This document shows positions 55,285 through 64,000 of a stretch of DNA of 64,000 nt, piece by piece. This DNA is from Cyanidioschyzon merolae (lineage: Eukaryota), in assembly GCA_000091205.1 (NCBI GenBank), contig AP006491.2. One strand, given 5' to 3'. The notes beneath the pieces are model-generated. The model had not been told where the DNA came from. It saw nothing but the letters and a program-made list of their open reading frames with translations, and made no database searches. The position numbers and the translations under genes are program-made. Positions within the stretch are counted from its first letter, which is position 1; the number at the start of each line of letters is the position of its first letter.

Positions 55285-56810
55285 CACGAGACATGCTTCC
55301 CGGCCATTGAGGGTAAATATATACCCACATGCGGACGCCTCCCAGCCTTTTTTGACCCGCCGCCTGCAATCGGTTCCAGTTGATTCACGCACACTTCGAG
55401 CCTCAGCAGTTGCCACATAGCGTTGGATCGTGTCAGCTGCTCGGGTCTCGTCTTCAGCACAACGCATCGTCTGATATTGGTAGCAGCGTTCAAGTCTCGG
55501 CTTACGAGCTCCATGCGTTTACTGCCGATCCCTGATCTCATCACACCGAGGGTTCTTAGTACTCGTGCCCTCTGTTCCGCTACAGTCTCGTCATCGTTCC
55601 ACTCGACAAACACCGTCCCTCGCCTATCTCCTTCTTCTCCTTCTTCGCCACTTGCTCTTCTTCGCTCGATGGTCGGCGAGAGGAGGCATTTTTCGTTCTG
55701 GCTGCGTCGAATCCAGCAATGACGGAACTCAGGATCCCCGACTTCCACATCCATACCATTCCCTTGGATTCTCTGTTTCTTCAAAATCATAGCGATTGTT
55801 CATTCGTTTAGGTGAGGACCTTCCCGCAAAAGCTAGGACTCGCGAAAGTAAGACACCATGCGCCCGTGTGTCAACGTGTGCCGGAAGCTTCAGCGATGAC
55901 CCCACTGGAGCGACATCATACGTTTCACAATGGAAAACATTCTTTTGATGAGGTTGAATCAAGTAGAGCACAGAGGAATGAAAAGCAGCACTATACCTCG
56001 ACAGGATCGGCAAAAGCCCGAACGCAAGGGGAATGGTGAAATGCCACGGTGTCCAGCAGAAGGACGTCGCCCGACGTCGGGGCGAAATCTTCCATGATTC
56101 GATCAAGTGGCTGCTGTTGGTCGATGAGCCTTCTCCACTAGTGAATCTGAGGCCGCAAATAAAGTCCACTCCGTCTGGAGCAGATGATGACATCCTCGCT
56201 CTCTTCGAGCTCGATCGTACATCCAGCGGGTGCACTGTCCGCGAATACCCATTTACGCTCCGGCCGCCTCGTCCGAAGCAAGTTTCATCGACTGAACAAG
56301 CAAACCGACGTCCGTGTCCCGGTCCCTGTGCTCCATACGGATAGTGGCGTTCCACGAACGCTGAAGTAGCTGTGACCTCGGTGGGAAATGGCCGTGCACG
56401 AACTGAGACTTTCTTTTTGCGACTGTACCCCGTGTATTCAGGACCACTCGAACACGCTTTTAAGGAACAGGGACGCGCGTAGCGACTACTATTTTCGCAT
56501 TTGTCTTTCGTAAAAGGTGGTCAGCGGGCCGTTTTCTACCGTTGATCGCGCGCATTCTCTGAGAATATCGATGTTTGACGCAGAGTGCATCTACTTCTTT
56601 CGGTCAGTGTTCGTCAACCATCTGAGTACTGTTGTACGACCGACCTGGAGGAGGAACGCAGTCCTCCATGCACTGTTCAGGAAAGAATATGTATCGCACA
56701 GGCGATTCGCCTACGATCTATCGGGTACATGGCATCGTGATTTCTGGCCCCCGCCCTAGACCGCAAACAGCATTCGATCATACACAGTGCGGCAGGAATA
56801 CAGTTGAGTT
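55270..56810 (-). mobile_element. Fanzor/TnpB-like repeat element, copy E (variant-2 3' end, partial LE linker, no Repeat-2)
   Basis: ORFs 55729..56355 and 55278..55790 (…SRDLNAATNIRRC…). The element terminus …tatataatcagtaacacgag… overlaps the methyltransferase stop codon at 55282..55284. Confidence 0.6.
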
Positions 56811-57238
56811 GAAAAACTCTAGTATCCGAGGTCGATTTCCTTCAAGTCAATGCGTTCCGGTTCGTCGTCTTATGCGCAAGTTGTGGAAGCTACGTGCTGT
56901 ATTCCGTGTTGCCGCATTTAGGTACGCATTCGCATCCAGAGCGCTCTTTGATGCGAACCGGTCCGCAATATGCAGCGCACATGGCAAGGACTCACACCGT
57001 CAAAGCACGCCGAGCTTCGCACATGAAACTTTTCGAAAGCTGGGAAAGATAATTTGCTCGTCGGTTACCGGACGGGCATCCAGAAGAGACGTATCGACCT
57101 TGTCGAGACATCAAAGGTTTTAGGTTTCTCGTTGCAGCGTCAAGTCGCGCGGACACAAATCCAAGTTTCTTAAGATGATCATCGAGCGGTCGAGGTGGTG
57201 CTCTGTGAGAATAAAGCACATCGCTCGCATCGGTGCTC

Positions 57239-59296
57239 TCAGTACGATGGATACGTGCCGGATGCCTGGCCTGGCAGCGCTCCCGGAACATTCCCAGTGC
57301 CTCCAGTGTTAAAGGGTGACTGCATGCCCCCGCCGGCGGCACGCTGGCCCTGCCATACAGGGTATTGCTGGCTGCCATATGGTTGTGTGGCATACGGTTG
57401 ACCAGCAAACGCCTGTCCAGTATAACCGGAACCGCCGAAAGACTGGTTTCCGTAGCCCTGGGCGTTATACATCATTCCTCCATATGGTTGCGACGCGGCT
57501 GCCTGGTGAGATGTCCCGTAAAATGAACCGAATCCACTGCCGTAGTTGCCTCCTACGGACATGCTTCCACTCGCTGGGTAGAAGTCTGGGTTGCGATTGC
57601 GTCGGACGCTACGAGTCTGCTCATTGGGGACGCCGACCCCTAGGCCTCCTGATGAAATGCCATACGCAGCGGCGTACTGCTGGGGATACGCACCGCTACC
57701 GTAATACAACTCAGTTTGGTTGTAGCCAGTGCTGTGCGTGGGTGCTGCTCCCGAGCTGCCCATTGATGCCGGTTGCGCATGGGGCATCGTACTCAGTTTC
57801 GGTTCACCAGGACCGGCAGCATATGAAAGGTTTTGGTTTGTCATATTCGGCGCTGCTTTCGGGGGGTATGCTGTGTCGGTGTAGCCACCATACGGCTGGT
57901 AATACGGATAGCCCTGGAGGCCATAATTTGGAACATGGCCCGGCACTCCGTAGGGGTAGTATCCGTAATAGTTAGGGGGTACACCGTTCACTTGTGCCGG
58001 ATAATGTTGTGGTGACTGAATGTGCTCCGCAGGCGCCGAGTAAGTTTGTCCGCTGTTATTCTCATTCGATGTGTTCGCAGCGGTTTCAGAACCCGACTGC
58101 TGGTTCTCTAACCGCGCATTCTCGCGTGGTTGGCTGCGAACTGCGTTCGGGTTTGGTGCCATCGACCATGATTCTGGCGTGCTGAGTTTTGCATTTGATT
58201 CAACCTGCAAGGACTTGCTCTGCGCAGCAGAAATTGTTGCAGGGGGCTGCAGGCCCGACGGCAGTCTTTCGGCCCCATCGTACGGAACTTGCCTCGAGGG
58301 CTCTAATGGCCGGCTCCCTTGTGCAACACCGCTTTCCGTACTGTCCAATGATTGGTTGGGCAGAGGCTGCCCGTTCACCGCCATGTTGCTAAAGCTCATG
58401 CTCAGATGGTGCTCTTCATTCGGGTAATGCTTCTCTATAGTCGGCATATTCGATACAGGCGGAGCATTAGCCCGGCTTTCAGTCGATACCATGCGTCCGT
58501 GACTCACTGTCTCCGCTCCGGTCTCCGCTGATGTCGCTACCGCAGAACTCGAGGCAGTGTACTGCGCTTTGTGAGACTCGAGCGACGAGCCAGTAGGCGC
58601 CGTGCTAGGCTCGAGACTCGAATTCGCACCAGCATCCACGGGCTGATTATTCTCAGTGGGTGCTGTTACTTCTTGCACTTTCTTCGCCTTCAAACGATCC
58701 GCCCAGGTAGGGCCCGCTGGTTTCGGTGGGGCGAGCCCCGCAGCCTTCGTCGGAGCTGGTGCGTTGTCCGCTTCCTCTTTAGCAGCGGTCTGCTTCGAGC
58801 GCTCCCCGTTCCTGGCGCTAGCGTTTGCCTTGCGTTCAGGAAACGGCTTCCCTGATTTAGCGCCACCTTTTGGTCTCGACGGACCGGGGCGTCTCGGCTT
58901 GATTTTTGAGTCTGGTTCAGCAGCAGCGCTCGAGGCTCGACTATTCTGCTGACGCACCTGCGCGCCCTCCGTGTTGGGCACTCCCCGCCCCTGGTGCACC
59001 TTCCTGGGTGCACCACCGGTAAGGGGCACCGATCGATTGTTATTGTTGTTTTTTGTCTGGCTCCCGGGACGTCTCTTCTTGTCGCCAACCTCGTGCCATA
59101 CGTCGACCTTGCCCGTGAGAAACTTTTCAACAGCCACTTCCTCGTCCATATGTACCTGCTGGAGAATCCTGTACGCGTCTTCCTTCCCAACGTTACAAAC
59201 TTCCGCGACGTTCGCGACTTTCTTAGCTGCCGAAGCAGGGATACGAGTGGAACTCATTGCTTCGTTCTCGCTAGAAGATAGCTGGCTCCAACGCAA
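57239..59296 (-). CDS. Low-complexity Q/G/Y/P-rich protein with an N-terminal DUF1296/CUE-like domain (GBF-interacting-protein-1-like)
   Basis: N-terminus …AAKKVANVAEVCNVGKEDAYRILQQVHMDEEVAVEKFLTG… resembles the plant GIP1 DUF1296 domain. The remaining ~600 aa is S/P/A/N/Q-rich, ending in a Y/G/Q/P prion-like tail. Confidence 0.45.
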   Translation of the reverse strand: MRWSQLSSSENEAMSSTRIPASAAKKVANVAEVCNVGKEDAYRILQQVHMDEEVAVEKFLTGKVDVWHEVGDKKRRPGSQTKNNNNNRSVPLTGGAPRKVHQGRGVPNTEGAQVRQQNSRASSAAAEPDSKIKPRRPGPSRPKGGAKSGKPFPERKANASARNGERSKQTAAKEEADNAPAPTKAAGLAPPKPAGPTWADRLKAKKVQEVTAPTENNQPVDAGANSSLEPSTAPTGSSLESHKAQYTASSSAVATSAETGAETVSHGRMVSTESRANAPPVSNMPTIEKHYPNEEHHLSMSFSNMAVNGQPLPNQSLDSTESGVAQGSRPLEPSRQVPYDGAERLPSGLQPPATISAAQSKSLQVESNAKLSTPESWSMAPNPNAVRSQPRENARLENQQSGSETAANTSNENNSGQTYSAPAEHIQSPQHYPAQVNGVPPNYYGYYPYGVPGHVPNYGLQGYPYYQPYGGYTDTAYPPKAAPNMTNQNLSYAAGPGEPKLSTMPHAQPASMGSSGAAPTHSTGYNQTELYYGSGAYPQQYAAAYGISSGGLGVGVPNEQTRSVRRNRNPDFYPASGSMSVGGNYGSGFGSFYGTSHQAAASQPYGGMMYNAQGYGNQSFGGSGYTGQAFAGQPYATQPYGSQQYPVWQGQRAAGGGMQSPFNTGGTGNVPGALPGQASGTYPSY

Positions 59297-60991
59297 TCCC
59301 AGCGACAGTTGCTGCAGCGCGCGTGATGGGAGCCGCCGCGCATGCGGCCGGCCGCGTTCCCGGCGGCGGGCGATTGCTGGCGGCGCTCATGCCAAGGTGT
59401 CCAGCACCTGCGGAGCAGTACGGATGCCAGTGCTGGTGCTAGTGTTAGAGGCGTCCTTATTGGGTGGAGCTCGAAGGTCTGTAGAGTCCACATCGACGAT
59501 GAGGATATCGGGTAGGGTGCACAGCGGTCAGGCATAGTTCACAGAAGCGTCAAGCAAAATTCCACGAAGCCGAAGAGAGCTTGCGCACACATGAGCGGAG
59601 ATCGCGGAGGTCATTCTGTGGGTACCGCCCACCTTATATGCATCATCTCTTGATGAGCTTGCCTTGGCGTTCGAGGAATGCACCTGTGCAGCTTATCCAG
59701 GTCTGAAACGCTGCTGCGCTGCGCCTCACCTGCTCTGGCAGCTGCGACGTGACGGAGTTGCGGTTGCAGCTACGTCAAAGACAAAAACCTTTCAGTGATG
59801 GTCTCGGAAGGATTTTGTTGAAGAACAGGTTGCATTATTCAACGGACATGGAGAGTGTGATTCAGCTTAGATTAGGCGGGAACAGCAAGGAATGGGGCGT
59901 GGCCCTTGGGTGAGGCTTTGGGAATGTCGGAGACGGTCATGAAGGTTGCGCACGGCCTGGTGGGCACCAGTACGGACAGCACCATACGGCAGCGCTTGAA
60001 GGCATTCTCAGGCAGCTGTCCGTCGAGGGCGCGGATCAGCCAATTGCTCAATTCTAGCGATGATTTTTTTCATTTCGCTCTCCGAGTGACAGGCTCGCGC
60101 TCCCTGTAAACTTCATCCCATGCCTGGAATGGCGAGCATGTATCGACTCAAACCAGATTTCTACGAATGTATATTTTCAAAGCGTGCAGAAGCTTTTTGA
60201 CCGCTGCTCGCAATGCTTTCCGAGACAGGTATTCCAAAACTAACCGGAAAGCACCGAGATAGGAACGAGGCCGTCAAAAGGTTTTCCATCTCGCGGAAAG
60301 CAAGGTTCATTTTTTCTTAAACTTTTCATCTAAATATTTAACACGACTGCCGATAAAACTACTGAGAAAGCACGGCCTGAGCATTTCATCTGTGCTACCG
60401 CTGGTGTTGAACGCACCCACAGCTCGCCTGCTTCTATGCAGCTTCGCGGCCTTACAAGCCTTACGAACCGGAGCGCGCTCACTCGTAGGTGCCATTACTT
60501 CTCGTGTCAGCGCATAGAGCGTGTACGTTCAAGGCACGCTTTCCCGAAGAATATGCACGCACAGCCGTCTCCCCTGGTAAACCAAGCGTATCGTGCACCG
60601 TTGCAATGATTAGGATTCGTCCTGCATAACGTACAAAGCTCGTCGAGAACTTGCAGCAAACGTCTCACTGCCCTTCGTTCGTCTGTAATATGAAAGCAGA
60701 AACTCCAAAGAGGCACCGTATCCAGCGCATAGCAAAGCTGCGCAACAGACACTGCACGAAGCGCGTGCGGATCCATCGCTCAGATCGCGCGCGATGCAAC
60801 CCGGCGAGCCGTGCGACGTTGCGTGACAACGGGACGCCCTGCAGCGCACAGCCGCCGGATCCGCTCGATCCAGAAAAGCTGCACGCCTCCGCTGGAGGAT
60901 CGCAACTGATGCCGGTGCGCGTGTAATGCAGCCGGACAGACGGCACTTCGGAGCGCTGTTCCTGGGTACTCTTGCGTAGCCTTTACTCACG

Positions 60992-62419
60992 ATGAGCCTG
61001 CCTGCCCGGGTGCCGTCTAATTCTGCAGATGATGAGCTCCACCCTTACACAAGGATTTTGTCCCCACGAGAAAACCTGCTCGGAGGTGAGCCTGTCGGTA
61101 AGTTTGGCGTCCCGCACTTGCGACAGTTCTTTGAACATATAGGGCGCTTCCCTTCGCCCCTTTTGACGGCGACGGAGACGCACTCTCTTGGAAGGTCATT
61201 CATACCCGACGATGAGACTGTGCTCGTGGACATTGTGACCAGATGGGGTGAACCGTCTCCATCACGCGAATATATGCGTTCTGGTCCACGGGAGTTTCTT
61301 GCATTTCATCCGCAAACGGTTCGCGCAGCTATTGTTACTTGTGGTGGCCTTTGCCCCGGTATTAATACGGTAGTGAAAGAAATTTACCAATCGCTACGCA
61401 ACATCTATGGCGTGAAGGAGGTTCACGGTGTACAAATGGGCTACCGTGGCTTTTACACTGCCGAGCTCGATACCATTCTCTTGAACGACGTGTACCTGAA
61501 GGGAATACAACATCGTGGTGGCAGCGTTCTGGGCACCACAAGAGGCGGCTTCGACTTAGGGCTGATTGTCGACTCGATTGCTTCCAGGGGTTTCAATCAG
61601 GTGTATATTATCGGCGGGGATGGCACGCATCGAGGCGCATACAAGATCTTTGAAGAATGCATCCGGCGGAGACTCATGGTTTCCGTCGTTGGCATCCCGA
61701 AGACAATTGATAATGATATTGCAATCATCGACCACAGCTTCGGATTTGTTACTGCTGTCCAGGAAGCGCAGCGCGCTATTCGGGCTGCTTACGTAGAGGC
61801 CACCTCCGGATACAATGGAATTGGACTCGTGCGTCTTATGGGACGAAACTCGGGCTATATCTCTATGATGGCTACGCTGGCGGCCGGTGACGTTGACGTC
61901 TGCCTCATACCTGAGATCGACTTCGACCTGGATGGGCCTCACGGCTTGCTTGTGCATATCGAAAATCTGCTTCGGCACAAGAAATACTGCGTCATTGTGA
62001 TTGCGGAAGGAGCGGGACTGCAGTATACTCAGAATGCTCAAGAAGAGAAGAAGGAAGTTGACGCGAGCGGGAATATTAAGATGCAAAATGTGGGGCTGTG
62101 GTTGGCCGAGAGGATCAACAGTTGGTTCAGCCTCCGAGGAATTGAGGTCAACCTGAAATTCTTGGATCCGACCTACGAGATCAGATCAGTTCCCGCCGTG
62201 GCGACTGACAACATTATGTGCACGTTGCTGGCGCAGAGCGCAGTACACGGAGCTATGGCTGGATTTACTGGCTTTACATGCGGGACGGTGAATACACACC
62301 ACGTCATGATACCGATGAAAGAAATTATCAGCAGAGGGCGAAATCGTGTGGATCTCAGCTCCCGTATGTGGCATCGAGTGCTCGCGGCGACCATGCAGCC
62401 ACCACTGAAGAACAAGTGA
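60992..62419 (+). CDS. PFK: ATP-dependent 6-phosphofructokinase (plant/protist PFK-A type)
   Basis: …IVTCGGLCPGINTVVKEIYQSL… (GGxxPG). …IIGGDGTHRGA…. …GIPKTIDNDIAIIDHSFGFVTA…. …MGRNSGYI…. Confidence 0.9.
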   Translation: MSLPARVPSNSADDELHPYTRILSPRENLLGGEPVGKFGVPHLRQFFEHIGRFPSPLLTATETHSLGRSFIPDDETVLVDIVTRWGEPSPSREYMRSGPREFLAFHPQTVRAAIVTCGGLCPGINTVVKEIYQSLRNIYGVKEVHGVQMGYRGFYTAELDTILLNDVYLKGIQHRGGSVLGTTRGGFDLGLIVDSIASRGFNQVYIIGGDGTHRGAYKIFEECIRRRLMVSVVGIPKTIDNDIAIIDHSFGFVTAVQEAQRAIRAAYVEATSGYNGIGLVRLMGRNSGYISMMATLAAGDVDVCLIPEIDFDLDGPHGLLVHIENLLRHKKYCVIVIAEGAGLQYTQNAQEEKKEVDASGNIKMQNVGLWLAERINSWFSLRGIEVNLKFLDPTYEIRSVPAVATDNIMCTLLAQSAVHGAMAGFTGFTCGTVNTHHVMIPMKEIISRGRNRVDLSSRMWHRVLAATMQPPLKNK

Positions 62420-64000
62420 TGTCACTGGAGAGCTCCGTGTCTATGCGCTCAATCATGTATGTCGAAGGAAACGGGTTCTGGTTGGTGGCCCTTTCACAAT
62501 AACTGAGATTGCCGAGACTTTGCACGCCCAGAGCGGAACTCAGGTTCCAGCGTATAGTTTTCGAGACCAGGAACTATGGAATATGCTGCCAGCCTGCTCA
62601 AGTAGTCCGACGAGGAGATGTCGATGCCAGAATTGAGAGCCTTTCACGGTAAATGTATGGCGAAGTCTCATTTACGAGTGCAGCTCTAAAGCCGTGGTGG
62701 AGCGATTCAGCGGGCTAAGCCAGAGGCTTCCATACGAAGATGGGTCGCTCCACAAGGAATCGGTCGACGACTGATCCTCGGAACGCACACAACATTGGAG
62801 AATCCCGAAGAGCACCATCACTCAGGAGGCCCAGGAGTGAATTGTGCGATGCGCTCAGCCAGCCGACATCGTTCTGGTGACCAGGCAAACGCACATCCCG
62901 CATCTGTCTGCCCTGAAAACTCAATCCCCAAGACCACTGCCGACGACATATGGTGAGTTGCTATGCACTCATGGCCCTTTCTGACAGCATGCCACGGACT
63001 TGGCAAACATCATGCGAAGGGTAACCTTTGCAGGATTTGCCGCTTGCCACCGAATACGGCAAACATGTCGAAACCAAGTGCTAAGGATATCTGTGGTAAA
63101 ATGCAGTGCTGTTCTGTGCTCTGGCACAGACTATTATAGGTGAAATCTGAACCGAAGTTTCTGCGACCTTTCTTCGAATAGAATGACCCAGCACCGCTGG
63201 TTCACTCAAGCCCAAAAGCGCAGAGCTTTTTGTGACCTGCAAGGAGATTTGGTGCGTTTCTGGGAGGCAAACCATGTACACATATTTGCCCAAAACATGT
63301 ATATGCATTTACACAACTTTACGTCCATAGACACATGTACACGGACACACGAGAATATCCGCATCTGCACGAAAGTTCACGCACACGTGCGCGACTAGAG
63401 GCATATACATACATAAATGCGGACGCAGCGATATACGCAAACACGCACTGCCTGAGGGACTATAGAAAACTTGGTTCTCTAGCCATAAACAACCGCATGC
63501 AACACCAATACTCGAAAGTAGTTCTTCAGCAGCGCAATGAACATGTCCAGGACGTATGAAAAAGTGCATGGCGATCTCTCCCGCGTCTATCGAGTACAGC
63601 AGATGAGTTGAAAGGCTTCCTTGTTTTCCACAGCGCCTCCGAAGCACAGACCAATGGCAGCGAAAACTGTTTCCAGGCGTCGCATGAGAGAGTCTCAAGA
63701 CAAGTACCGTCGGGAAGGGCCAACGCATCAGTTGACTTATACAACCGCGAGCACTATCCACTTGAATGCGAGATGTTCAGTTCGTCTTTGAGACATAACA
63801 TCCTGAACATTAAGTTTAAAATCGATAGCAAACAGGACCCAATGAAGCCTCTCCACATATGCTCGCGACCAGTTAGCCACGAAGCCCATGTCACAGACGT
63901 GAAATCTTTCAGAGCTGGTATGCAAAAGAATGACAAAACCTGGTTTGACGGAGCCATCGGACCAGCAGGAATGTCTTCGATTGGACAGATGTGATGTGCG

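Noticed and set aside
11874-56810. Possibility that the five near-identical blocks are a tandem gene family, rDNA or a CRISPR-like array
   Set aside because: Copies are kb-scale, in both orientations and dispersed among unrelated single-copy genes. They contain no rRNA-like or short direct repeat-spacer structure. The contents look eukaryotic, so a CRISPR locus is not expected.

Overview
This window looks like a compact, intron-poor eukaryotic nuclear region, probably algal or plant-like. It carries about 20 housekeeping genes on both strands. Organelle-type proteins among them include a plastid-type trigger factor, dihydroxy-acid dehydratase, P5C reductase, FtsH, a mitochondrial carrier and an OXLD1-like protein. 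Other recognisable genes are XPD/ERCC2, the proteasome subunit Rpt1, a Derlin, 60S acidic protein P1, a plant-type phosphofructokinase, an MBOAT acyltransferase and a RING-H2 ligase. Roughly 10 kb is a near-identical dispersed repeat family. A ~1.45-1.55 kb element occurs in five young copies, four on the minus strand and one on the plus strand, with a sixth old degenerate copy. Its 3'-terminal ORF carries a TnpB/Fanzor-type RuvC-III signature, 'RDLNAATNIRRC' ('RDFNAAISI' in the old copy). This is the most notable thing in the window: a candidate Fanzor/OMEGA-like (IS200/605-TnpB-derived) mobile element family. It has modular, swappable 3' ends and a conserved frame break. In 3 of 5 copies it is physically linked to a second, unclassified 1.08 kb repeat. 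Two of the composite copies form 2.6 kb inverted repeats that bracket the FtsH gene. All calls rest on motif recognition by eye; no database search could be run.
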